Positions 1-8,211 of a stretch of 32,000 nt of DNA are shown one piece after another. The position numbers and the translations under genes were made by a program. Location: positions 3,390,001-3,422,000 of the forward strand of contig LT962688.1 in NCBI GenBank assembly GCA_900234795.1, written 5' to 3'. Within the stretch, counting starts at the first letter, position 1, and every line of letters starts with the position of its first letter. Below the pieces are notes generated by a model. It did no database searches. It was not told the DNA's origin and saw only the letters and a list, made by a program, of their open reading frames with translations. Source of the DNA: Methylorubrum extorquens (GTDB lineage: Bacteria; Pseudomonadota; Alphaproteobacteria; Rhizobiales; Beijerinckiaceae).

Positions 1-1
1 C

Positions 2-46
2 TTCGGCCACCTGCTGGTTCACGAGGGCGGGCGCAGCAACGCCTGA
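2..46 (+). CDS. 3' end of an unidentified CDS entering from upstream of the window
   Basis: The frame starting at position 2 reads FGHLLVHEGGRSNA-stop. It has G/C at 13 of 14 third codon positions, like the real genes here, whereas the other open frame has AT-rich third positions. Too short to name. Confidence 0.3.
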   Translation, partial: FGHLLVHEGGRSNA

Positions 47-254
47 CCATGCGCGGCGCGGGGCCTCGTCCCGGGCAGCGTGCCGGCCTGCCCGGACGTA
101 CGGCGCGGTACGACCGCGCTCGATGGAGCCCGTCCGCGTCGCCCCATCCCGCTTTCGTGACCCGCTCACGATTCAAGTTCGGCGTGTCTGCAAGCCTTTT
201 GTAACCGCAGCGCGGCTATTGATTCGGTTGTGACATCGAGACTGCCGAGCTGAC

Positions 255-878
255 ATGACCGAGCTTTCCCGATCCGGGATGGCCCCCACCCTGTCCGACT
301 ACGCCGCCGAGCAGCGCCGGCACCAGCGGGTGCGCGCGACTCTGCTCGGTCGCTACATGCTGGCGGACCGGCGCGAATATCCGTGCCAGACGGTGGACAT
401 GTCCCCCGGCGGCGTCCGCCTGACCTGCGCCGTGATCGGCGCGCTCAACGAACGCGTGGTGCTGTATCTCGAACAGATCGGCCGTCTCGAAGGGGTGATC
501 GTCCGCCACCCGCCGCGGGGTTTTGCCATGCGGATCAACGCGACGCCGCGCAAGCGCGACAAGATCGCGTCCCAGCTCATGTGGCTCGCCAACCGCGAGA
601 GCCTCGGCCTGCCGGAGGGCCGGACCAACGAGCGCCTCGTGCCGAACCAGCCCGGCGTGACCCTGCGCCTGGAGAGCGGCCGGTTCATCGCCGCCCGGAT
701 CATCGACATCTCGATGTCGGGCGTGGCGCTCGCGACCGCCTCGTCGCCGCCGATCGGCGCGCACATCCTGGTCGGCTCCACACCGGGGCGGGTGGTGCGC
801 TACTTCGAGGGCGGCATCGGCGCCCAGTTCATGCTGCCGATCTCGCCCGACCGATTTCACGAGGGCATCACGCTCTGA
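255..878 (+). CDS. PilZ domain protein with two PilZ-like halves (c-di-GMP receptor motifs)
   Basis: ORF of 207 aa. The first half has RRHQR (aa 21-25), then 22 aa, then DMSPGG. The second half has RTNER, then 23 aa, then DISMSG. Both match the canonical RxxxR ... D/NxSxxG PilZ signature. No signal peptide or TM segment. Confidence 0.85.
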   Translation: MTELSRSGMAPTLSDYAAEQRRHQRVRATLLGRYMLADRREYPCQTVDMSPGGVRLTCAVIGALNERVVLYLEQIGRLEGVIVRHPPRGFAMRINATPRKRDKIASQLMWLANRESLGLPEGRTNERLVPNQPGVTLRLESGRFIAARIIDISMSGVALATASSPPIGAHILVGSTPGRVVRYFEGGIGAQFMLPISPDRFHEGITL

Positions 879-1347
879 CGTGACGGGGGCGCCCCCATCG
901 AAGCCCTTTCCGGACCGACACCCCCATCGCGCAAGCTAGCTCCTGAACGGAGTTTTTCGCCGCGTGCGGTCCGAGGTCTGAGGATCGCCGGCCCGGGCCA
1001 AGGCGCGCGGCTGATCCTGCTCTCCCCAGCCGCCCCCCTCATCCGGATCATCCCAAGACACGTCCTGTCCGCAGCCGAGCGGCGGAGCCGGCAGCATGAC
1101 CTGCCCTCCGTCGCGCAACCGCGGAGCGCGCTGACTGGTGCGCCCGCGGTCCCGTCGGGCGGCGGCAGTCAGGGTTTCCCGGCCCCTAACGCGATCCCCC
1201 GCATTTGCCGCGGATCCGTGAGCCGCAATTCGCCCTCGCGCAGGAGCGGATCGTTGCCGGGGCGAATCGATAAAATTGCGCGGATCGGCTTCAGCGCGGC
1301 GGAGGAGGTGCGGCGACATCCTGGCCTCGTTCGAAGGAAACGCCACG

Positions 1348-2007
1348 ATGCGCACCACCGGGACGGGTCATTTCAAGTCGGGTCTCCAGATGGGGATGCT
1401 GGCGCTTCTGGCCCTCTGCGTCGGCTTCATCGGCGGCGCCGAGGCGCAGACGACCACCCAGATGGCCGCCCTGCCCGCGACGACCGTCGGCCTCACCCCC
1501 GGCGCGGCGGCCAAGCCGATCCTGGCCTGGACCGAGTTCTGCCAGTCCTATCCGGCGGAATGCGCCTTCGACCGGGACGAGCCCGCCCGGATCGCCCTCA
1601 CCCCCGCCGTCTGGTCGAGCATCGTTTCGGTCAACCGTCGCGTGAACCGGACGATCGAGCCCATCACCGATCAGGATCATTGGGGCCGCCCCGACCGCTG
1701 GGATCTCGCCGAGGACGGCGCGGGCGATTGCGAGGACTTCCAGCTCCTCAAGCGCCGGATGCTCGCCGCGGCCGGCCTGCCGCGCCGGGCGATGCGGATG
1801 ACGGTGGTGATCGACGAGAAGGGCGAGGGCCATGCCGTGCTCACCCTCATCACCGACCGCGGCGACTACATCCTCGACAACAAGACCAACGCGGTGATGC
1901 CCTGGCACGAGACCGGCTACGTCTTCATCAAGCGCGAGGGCCAGGACGCCCTGGCATGGGTTTCGCTCGGCGGGGCCAGCTCGCCGGTCACCACGGCGAA
2001 CCGCTGA
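1348..2007 (+). CDS. Transglutaminase-like cysteine peptidase, BTLCP / Peptidase_C93 (LapG family), exported
   Basis: The start is taken at the internal ATG (MRTTGTG...) just before a signal-peptide-like segment, MGMLALLALCVGFIGGAEAQ. Catalytic contexts GDCEDFQLLKRRML, GEGHAVL and ILDNKTN fit the Cys-His-Asp triad of BTLCPs. Confidence 0.85.
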   Translation: MRTTGTGHFKSGLQMGMLALLALCVGFIGGAEAQTTTQMAALPATTVGLTPGAAAKPILAWTEFCQSYPAECAFDRDEPARIALTPAVWSSIVSVNRRVNRTIEPITDQDHWGRPDRWDLAEDGAGDCEDFQLLKRRMLAAAGLPRRAMRMTVVIDEKGEGHAVLTLITDRGDYILDNKTNAVMPWHETGYVFIKREGQDALAWVSLGGASSPVTTANR

Positions 2008-2213
2008 TCGGCCCTCCGTTTCGCGGTTCGCTCCCGCGCGGCTGACGCCGATCGGGCGGGCGGGTGTGACCGGATTACCAGCCTGATCGGGGTTGTCTCA
2101 CCGTGACACGGATAAGCGGCATTCCGCCTTCATCCTTCCGTCACTTTCGTATTGAGCCGGGCGCCGGCCCGTGCAAGCTTTGCCGGGAAACAGGGGCTGC
2201 AGGACGGTCGGCC

Positions 2214-2918
2214 ATGCGGTACGCGGTGCTTCGGAGCGTCGGCGACGGATCGGCGTTCCCCCGCGGGAACGTGAGGCGGCGGCTCCGCCGGGCGGCCCAT
2301 CTGTCCCTCGTCGGCGCCACGCTGCTGCTCGGCGGCGCCGCAGCGCCGGCCCAGCCGAGCCAAGCCCGCACCGTCGCCAGCCTGCCCGAAGCGGGCAGTG
2401 CCACCGATGCCGGCGCACCGGCCCGGCCCGTGGCCGCCTGGAACGATTTCTGCGCCCGGTACCCGTCCGAATGTACGGTCGATCCCTCCGAGCCGGCGCT
2501 CGTCAGCCTGACGCCCGCTTTGTGGCACACGCTCACGACGGTGAACCGCCGGGTCAACGCCCGCATCAAGCCGATCACCGACATGGCCCATTGGGGTGTC
2601 GTCGATCGCTGGGACTTTCCCGATGACGGCTTCGGCGATTGCGAGGACATCCAGCTCCTCAAGCGCCGGATGCTGGTGGAGCGACGCCTGCCGCGCCGGG
2701 CTTTGCGGATGACGGTGGTGATCGACGAGATCGGCGAGGGCCACGCGGTGCTGATGGTGCGCACCGACCGGGGCGACCTGATCCTCGACAACAAGACCAA
2801 CGCGGTACTGCCATGGCAGCGCACCGGCTACAGCTTCATCAAGCGCGAGGGACAGGACGGCCGGGCCTGGGTCGGCCTCGACAACGGCACCTCGCCCGTC
2901 ACCACCGCCAACCGCTGA
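2214..2918 (+). CDS. Transglutaminase-like cysteine peptidase, BTLCP paralogue (tandem copy)
   Basis: The start is taken at MRYAVLRS. The N-terminus is Arg-rich and followed by a hydrophobic stretch (RRRLRRAAHLSLVGATLLLGGAAAPAQP). It carries the same GDCEDIQLLKRRML / GEGHAVL / ILDNKTN motifs as the upstream copy, and both proteins end in SPVTTANR. Confidence 0.85.
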   Translation: MRYAVLRSVGDGSAFPRGNVRRRLRRAAHLSLVGATLLLGGAAAPAQPSQARTVASLPEAGSATDAGAPARPVAAWNDFCARYPSECTVDPSEPALVSLTPALWHTLTTVNRRVNARIKPITDMAHWGVVDRWDFPDDGFGDCEDIQLLKRRMLVERRLPRRALRMTVVIDEIGEGHAVLMVRTDRGDLILDNKTNAVLPWQRTGYSFIKREGQDGRAWVGLDNGTSPVTTANR

Positions 2919-3039
2919 TCCGGATCGGCTTTCGAGCGTTGACGGCCATGCTCCTGCCGCGCTCCGGACCATCCATGAGACGTCCCATCGCCTGCCGGGC
3001 CTCGTCGCCTCCCGCCCACTCTCATGTCGGCGGCGCCGC

Positions 3040-4155
3040 ATGACGGTGTCCGCCGCCGCTGCATCACCTGCCCCGGACGGGAGAGCCGAGACCGGCTTCC
3101 TCGCCCTGCTCCCCTTGCCCGCGCTCATCCTGGCGGGATCGGAGGCCGGGACGACGATCGCGGGCGTCAACCCCGCTTTGCTGGCGCTGACCGGCTTCGA
3201 CGAGGCCGCCTTGGTCGGAAGCGGGATCGAGGTGCTCGCCTGCCACCACGGCAGTCACACCGGCTGGACGCCCTTGCGCGAGGCCCTGGCCCGCGGCGAG
3301 GCACAGAGCGCCGAGCTGCTGTTCGGCCGCAACGGCGGCGCCTCGTTCTGGGGCGAGATCCACCTCACGGTTCTCCCCGGCGAAGGCTCCCCCCGCTTCC
3401 TCGGCCAGATCGTGGACGTGACGCGGCGGCGGGATGCCGAGGATGCCCTCGCCCTGTCGCGGCAGCGGGAGGCGCTCGGCCTCCTCACCAACAGCGTCGC
3501 GCACGAGTTCAACAACTTCCTGCAGATCCTGATCGGCTACATCGACGGGCTCAAGCGGCGCCTGGGCGACCGGCCCGAGCCCTTCATCCAGCGGGCCATC
3601 ATCCGCTCCACCGAGGCGTCCGAGCGGGCCGCCGTCCTCACCCGCCAACTCCTCGCCCATTCCCGGCGGATCGCGCCCGACCTACGCCCGGTCGATCTCG
3701 CCGCGGCGGTGCGGTTCGGTCTCGACCGGCTGCGCCCCACCCTGCCCCCCGGGATCCAGCTCGACCTGTCGATCCCGGACGATCTGCCACCGGCCCTGTG
3801 CAATCCGATCCAGCTCGAACTGGCTCTGGGCCACATCCTCGCCAATGCCTGTGAGGCGATGTCCGGTCAGGGCCGCATCCGCGTGGCGCTGTTCGCCATC
3901 GAGCCGGGCGACCGCACGCTCCAGCGCCCGGAGGCCGGGGCCGTCGGTCTCACGGTCTCGGATATCGGGCACGGCCTGTCCCCGGAGATGCTGTCGCGGG
4001 CTCTCGCTCCCTTCGCCACCACTCGCGAATCCGGCCGCGGTGCGGGACTTGCCATCGTGCACGGGCTGATGAAGCGCCAGAACGGCACGATCTCCATCGA
4101 GAGCCGGCCCGGCGAGGGCGCGACCGTACGGCTGGTTTTCCCGGCCGCCCGGTGA
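3040..4155 (+). CDS. Soluble PAS-domain sensor histidine kinase (orphan, no adjacent response regulator)
   Basis: 371 aa with a PAS-like N-terminal region (GVNPALLALTGFDEAALVG ... FWGEIHLTVL). H-box SVAHEFNNFLQ, N-box HILANACEAM, G-boxes DIGHGL and GRGAGLAIVHGL. No hydrophobic TM segment. Confidence 0.85.
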   Translation: MTVSAAAASPAPDGRAETGFLALLPLPALILAGSEAGTTIAGVNPALLALTGFDEAALVGSGIEVLACHHGSHTGWTPLREALARGEAQSAELLFGRNGGASFWGEIHLTVLPGEGSPRFLGQIVDVTRRRDAEDALALSRQREALGLLTNSVAHEFNNFLQILIGYIDGLKRRLGDRPEPFIQRAIIRSTEASERAAVLTRQLLAHSRRIAPDLRPVDLAAAVRFGLDRLRPTLPPGIQLDLSIPDDLPPALCNPIQLELALGHILANACEAMSGQGRIRVALFAIEPGDRTLQRPEAGAVGLTVSDIGHGLSPEMLSRALAPFATTRESGRGAGLAIVHGLMKRQNGTISIESRPGEGATVRLVFPAAR

Positions 4156-4356
4156 TGCCCGACCCCGCCAGCGCCCGTCTCGGCGCCCTCCGCCTCACCA
4201 CAACCCAACATGGGTGCGAGCCGAAGCGTGGCGGTTCGTGAGACACTCTTAACTGTTCGAAACTCACCCCTGGATCGGGACTAAAAATCCCACTCGGACG
4301 CCACCATCTCAGGGGGGCAATTGTTCCCCTCCACGCTCACCACGAGGTTTTGACCC

Positions 4357-5331
4357 ATGGCATCCTCCCCCGCGCGCCGTCGGCGCGTCGTGACCCTCCT
4401 TGCGCTTGCGGCTTCGCTCGCCCTCGCGGCGCCCGCCGTCGATGCGCGGCCGGGCGGCGGTGGCGGCATGGGCTCGCGTGGCTCGAAGACCTTCAGCGCG
4501 CCGCCCTCCACCGCGACCTCGCCGGGCGCGATGGGACCGATCCAGCGCTCGCAGACGAGCCCGAGCCCCGGCTTCAACAATCCCGGCATGGCGGCGCAGA
4601 ACCGGGGCTCACGCTTCGGCGGCGGCTTTCTCGGCGGCATGCTCGGCGCCGGCCTTCTCGGCGCCCTGCTGGGTGCTGGCTTCTCCGGCGGTCTCGGCGG
4701 CATCGGCTCGTTCATCGGCCTGATCTTCCAGATCGGCCTGATCGCTTTCCTCGTGATGATGGCGGTGCGCTTCTTCCGCCGCCGTCAGGAGGGCCAGCCC
4801 GCCATGGCCGGCAACGCGCCCCATGCCCGCTCCGGCCTGCCGCCGCAGGGCGGCATGAACCCTGGCGTGAATCCGATGGGTGGTGGTTTGGGCGCAGGTG
4901 GTTTGGGCGGCGCCCGTCCGCAGCCCGTCCAGCCGGTCCAGGTCCAGCCGGACGACTTCCAGGCCTTCGAACGCTCCCTTCAGGAGATCCAGAGCGCCTA
5001 TGGCCGTGAGGATGTGGCCGCGCTGCAGCGTCTCGCGACCCCAGAGATGGTGAGCTATTTCGAGGAAGATCTGCGCGCCAATGCCGCCCGCGGCGTGGTC
5101 AACCGGATCTCGGACGTGAAGCTTCTCCAGGGCGACCTGTCCGAGGCGTGGCGTGAGGGCCCGGCGGAGTTCGCCACCGTCGCCATGCGCTTCTCGCTGC
5201 GTGACGAGGTGTTCGAGCGCGCCTCCAACCGCCACGTCGAGAACGGCCCGCAGGAGGCCAAGGAGTTCTGGACCTTCGTGCGCGAGCCCGGCGGCCCGTG
5301 GCTGCTCTCGGCGATCCAGCAGGGACGGTAA
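4357..5331 (+). CDS. Tim44-like domain membrane protein with Gly-rich N-terminal region
   Basis: Signal-like N-terminus (LLALAASLALAAPAVDA), Gly-rich linker and a TM segment (FIGLIFQIGLIAFLVMMAVRFF). The C-terminal approx 140 aa (DDFQAFERSLQEIQSAYGRED ... WTFVREPGGPWLLSAIQQ) is typical of bacterial Tim44-like proteins. Confidence 0.8.
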   Translation: MASSPARRRRVVTLLALAASLALAAPAVDARPGGGGGMGSRGSKTFSAPPSTATSPGAMGPIQRSQTSPSPGFNNPGMAAQNRGSRFGGGFLGGMLGAGLLGALLGAGFSGGLGGIGSFIGLIFQIGLIAFLVMMAVRFFRRRQEGQPAMAGNAPHARSGLPPQGGMNPGVNPMGGGLGAGGLGGARPQPVQPVQVQPDDFQAFERSLQEIQSAYGREDVAALQRLATPEMVSYFEEDLRANAARGVVNRISDVKLLQGDLSEAWREGPAEFATVAMRFSLRDEVFERASNRHVENGPQEAKEFWTFVREPGGPWLLSAIQQGR

Positions 5332-5351
5332 CCGTCCCGATCGGTCCAACG

Positions 5352-5387
5352 AAAAAGGGCGTCCGGCGAAAGCCGGGCGCCCTTTTT
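5352..5387. terminator. Bidirectional rho-independent terminator between the convergent Tim44-like and trm112-like genes
   Basis: aaaaagggcgtccggc-gaaa-gccgggcgcccttttt: an 11-bp GC stem with one G-T wobble, a 4-nt loop, an A-run on the left and a T-run on the right. Confidence 0.7.
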
Positions 5388-5424
5388 ACATTGTTGAATC
5401 AAACCAGAGCCGCTGAACGCTTCA

Positions 5425-5448
5425 CCCTCTCCTCGCGCGGGGAGAGGG
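5425..5448. repeat. REP-like hairpin of the CCCTCTCC ... GGAGAGGG family
   Basis: ccctctcc-tcgcgcgg-ggagaggg in the intergenic space. Related copies are at 21400-21423 and 27361-27384. Confidence 0.5.
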
Positions 5449-5463
5449 GAAAACCGAGCTTCT

Positions 5464-5670
5464 CTACTCCGTCAGGGAACGCGCCTCTTCCGGCAGCATG
5501 ATCGGGATGCCGTCGCGGATCGGGTAGGCCAGCTTGGCGGAGCGGCTGATCAGCTCCTCGCGGGCGGCGTCATATTCCAGCGGCTCCTTGGTCAGCGGGC
5601 AGACCAGGAGTTCGAGCAGGCGGGGATCGACCCGGGTCGCTTCGACGGTGGGGGTGGGCGTATCGGCCAT
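5464..5670 (-). CDS. Trm112 / UPF0434 (YcaR-like) small protein
   Basis: 68 aa. [16 protein letters not shown] ... [17 protein letters not shown] is the characteristic Trm112-like zinc-ribbon-derived signature. Confidence 0.85.
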   Translation of the reverse strand: MADTPTPTVEATRVDPRLLELLVCPLTKEPLEYDAAREELISRSAKLAYPIRDGIPIMLPEEARSLTE

Positions 5671-5727
5671 GTTGTTCGCTTCCGGTGGACGGACTCCACG
5701 ACCGCTAAAAGGTCGGGAGCCCTTGTT

Positions 5728-6396
5728 TTACTGCAGCGTCGGCTCGGAGCCGCTGGCGCGCACCAGCTCCATTTCGGTGACGGCGACGAGCACCTCGGCG
5801 CGCGTCTTCAGGTCGGGCGCTTCCAGCATCGCCTGTTTCTCGCGCACGCCGAACGGGCTCATCATGCAGAGCGCGTTGACCAAGGCCTCGTTCGACGCCT
5901 CGTCGATGCCGGCCCAATCGACCTGAAGCTCGTTGGCATCGACGAAGTTGCGCAGGGTCTTCAGCACGCTCTCGCGATCGACCGCCTCCTCGCCCGCCCG
6001 CGCCTCGAAATCCTGGGCGAAGGCGTCGTAGGAGACTTGGCAGCGGCGATAGGCGGTGGTGACGGAGAGTTCGTTCTCGACCCGGAAGCGGCTGACGCCG
6101 GTGAGAGAGATCAGGTAGCGGCCGTCGCCAGTCTCGGCGAACTGGCTGATCCGCCCGGCACAGCCGACCCGGTAGAGCCGGGGGCTGAGCAGCGAGCCGG
6201 CCCCGTCCGCATCCGGCTGGATCATGCCGATGATCCGCTCGGAGCGCAGCGCGTCATCCACCATGGCGAGATAGCGCGGCTCGAAGATGTTGAGCGGCAT
6301 CTGTCCCCGCGGCAGGAGCAGCGCCCCCGGCAGCGGGAAGACCGGGATGACGGCGGGGCAATCCGCCGGCGACTTGCAGCTCGGCTGCGGGCTCAT
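5728..6396 (-). CDS. LON peptidase N-terminal (substrate-binding) domain protein
   Basis: IPVFPLPGALLLPRGQMPLNIFEPRYLAMVDD is the classic LON-N motif. The start is placed at MSPQPS (ATG at 6396) because AGGAAAG lies about 8 nt upstream. The longer ORF start at 6438 has no SD. Confidence 0.85.
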   Translation of the reverse strand: MSPQPSCKSPADCPAVIPVFPLPGALLLPRGQMPLNIFEPRYLAMVDDALRSERIIGMIQPDADGAGSLLSPRLYRVGCAGRISQFAETGDGRYLISLTGVSRFRVENELSVTTAYRRCQVSYDAFAQDFEARAGEEAVDRESVLKTLRNFVDANELQVDWAGIDEASNEALVNALCMMSPFGVREKQAMLEAPDLKTRAEVLVAVTEMELVRASGSEPTLQ

Positions 6397-6481
6397 GCGC
6401 GGCTTTCCTGCTGTGGGACCGGATGGGGAGCACCGCATCCGGCCGCTTCGGTCGCCCCGGCGTTCGCGCGGCGCGTGTGAC

Positions 6482-7390
6482 TCACGAGAACAGCAGCGTC
6501 GAGAGCTGGCGGCGTCCCCGGATCGCGGCCGGGTCCATCAGGCCCCAGGCCTCGAAGAACTGGAGCAGTTGCTTGCGCGCCGCATCCTCGTTCCAGCTCC
6601 GGTCGGCGCGGGCGATAGCCACGAGCTGATCGACCGCCTCCTCGCGCTTGCCCGCCGCGTTGAGGCCCAGCGCGAGATCGAACCGGGCCTGGAAGTCGTT
6701 CGGGTCGGCCTCGATGCGCTTCTGCAGCGCGGCAAGGTCGCCCAGCGTCCCGGCCTGTTCGGCGAGTTCGAGGGCCGCGCGCACGCCCGCGAAGAGCGGG
6801 TCGTCGGCCTTGTCCGGCGGCGCCATGGCGAGAACCTGCTTGGCGCTCTCGGTCTCACCGAGTTCGAGCTGGGTCTTGGCGAGCCCGGCGATGGCCTTCA
6901 GGTTCTCCGGCTCCTCGCGCAGGACCGCGGCGTAGAGTTCGGAGGCGGCGGGAAGATCGCCCGCGGAGGCGACCGCGGCGGCCTCCTCCAGCACCTGATC
7001 GATCTCGGAGGGGCCGGCGAGCCGATCGACGAAGGCGCGCACCTCGGATTCCGGCACGGCGCCCATGAAGGCATCCACCGGACGGCCGCGATCGATCGCG
7101 ATCACGGCGGGGATCGATTGTAGGCCGAGCTGCTGGCCGATCTGCTGCCAGACGCCGGGATGCTCGTCGATGTTGAGCTTGGCGAGCTTCACCCGGCCGC
7201 CCGACGCCCGCACGACCTTCTCGAGGACCGGCGTGAGCTGCTTGCACGGGCCGCACCACGGCGCCCAGAAATCGACGATCACCGGCTGGTTCATCGACTC
7301 GGCGATGACATCCTGCCGGAACCCCGCCGTGGTGGTGTCCTTGATAAGGCCGTCGACGGGGGCGCCGGCGGCGGCGTTGGCTTCGAGCAT
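6482..7390 (-). CDS. ybbN: Thioredoxin-domain plus TPR-like co-chaperone (YbbN/CnoX-type)
   Basis: 302 aa. Thioredoxin fold with VIVDFWAPWCGPCKQL, followed by a helical TPR-like C-terminal half. GAGGG SD upstream of the ATG. Confidence 0.88.
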   Translation of the reverse strand: MLEANAAAGAPVDGLIKDTTTAGFRQDVIAESMNQPVIVDFWAPWCGPCKQLTPVLEKVVRASGGRVKLAKLNIDEHPGVWQQIGQQLGLQSIPAVIAIDRGRPVDAFMGAVPESEVRAFVDRLAGPSEIDQVLEEAAAVASAGDLPAASELYAAVLREEPENLKAIAGLAKTQLELGETESAKQVLAMAPPDKADDPLFAGVRAALELAEQAGTLGDLAALQKRIEADPNDFQARFDLALGLNAAGKREEAVDQLVAIARADRSWNEDAARKQLLQFFEAWGLMDPAAIRGRRQLSTLLFS

Positions 7391-7624
7391 GGAGCCCTCG
7401 GAAATTCACAGAACGCACGTCGATGCGGGCAGCGCAGGTTCGTGCGGCGCATCGTTCCGTTACATGGGGCTTGGCGGCGCGGCTGACCAGACGTTTTCGC
7501 GTTCGCCGGAGCGCTCTTGCGCCGGACCGGGGCCGGCTCGGCGAAAGAGCGCGTGTCATCACATGGGCGACGCCGCGTGTCCGGTCACCGCACGGCCGGC
7601 ACGCGCGTCGGGCAAGACCGCGGT

Positions 7625-8140
7625 TCAGGGCTTCGGCGGATTGGCCGGGCCGTCCTTCACCCCATCCTTGCCCGGCTCGGCCCCGGCTTTGGTCTCGGTG
7701 ATGAACACGCCCGCATAGGTCTTGCCCTGCGAGGTCGCCTCGCAGGCGATCATGGTCTTGCCCGGCTCGGGCTTCGAGAACTTGCAGGAACCGACCGCGG
7801 GCGCGGGGCTGCGGACGATGCCCTCCTTGTTCTTCATGCCCGGCACGACGAGGCTGATCGGCTGGAGCTGCTCGGTTTCCTCCGTCTGCTCGTGCTGCGT
7901 GCCCGCGCCGCTGAAGCTCAGGGATTGTCCGTCCCAGGCGGCGAAGTCGAAGGTCGTGCGCCCGCGCGAGACCGTGTTGACGAGCTGTTCCTTGCAGTTC
8001 TGCGTGATGTCGAGGCCGCCGATCACCAGCCGCTCGCATCGGCCGGTGATCGTCACCTCGGCCCCCTGCTGGGCCGAGGCCGGGCCGGCGGCGAGCAGGC
8101 CGAGTAGGGCGAGAAGCGGTGCGCGCGAGCGGATCGTCAT
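7625..8140 (-). CDS. Exported hypothetical protein (4 Cys)
   Basis: The start is taken at MTIRSRAPLLALLGLLAAGPASAQQ (signal peptide), with AGGAGGAA SD just upstream. The 96 upstream codons of the 267-aa track ORF are Arg/Pro-rich and overlap the yqjG 3' region, so they were discarded. No recognisable domain. Confidence 0.6.
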   Translation of the reverse strand: MTIRSRAPLLALLGLLAAGPASAQQGAEVTITGRCERLVIGGLDITQNCKEQLVNTVSRGRTTFDFAAWDGQSLSFSGAGTQHEQTEETEQLQPISLVVPGMKNKEGIVRSPAPAVGSCKFSKPEPGKTMIACEATSQGKTYAGVFITETKAGAEPGKDGVKDGPANPPKP

Positions 8141-8211
8141 GGCGTGGTGTTCCTCCTGATCGGCATTGGCTGCCGGTTGTCGCTGGGAATATTTCCTGCG
8201 GGGGTGCGGGT

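Noticed and set aside
885-896. The perfect palindrome gggggcgccccc just after the PilZ stop codon, considered as a possible terminator
   Set aside because: It can form only a 4-bp stem once a minimal loop is allowed, and no U-tract follows. It is too weak to call.
880-2213. A c-di-GMP riboswitch (GEMM) or other riboswitch upstream of the BTLCP genes
   Set aside because: I could not recognise the conserved GEMM-I/II cores by eye in either spacer. This needs a covariance-model scan, so no call is made.
7511-7552. A long imperfect hairpin (gcgctctt-g-cgcc ... ggcg-a-aagagcgc) in the 234-bp spacer between the exported hypothetical gene and ybbN
   Set aside because: There is no U-tract on the minus (transcribed) strand and an internal mismatch. 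It could be a terminator or a ybbN upstream element, but I cannot distinguish these, so it is not listed as a feature.
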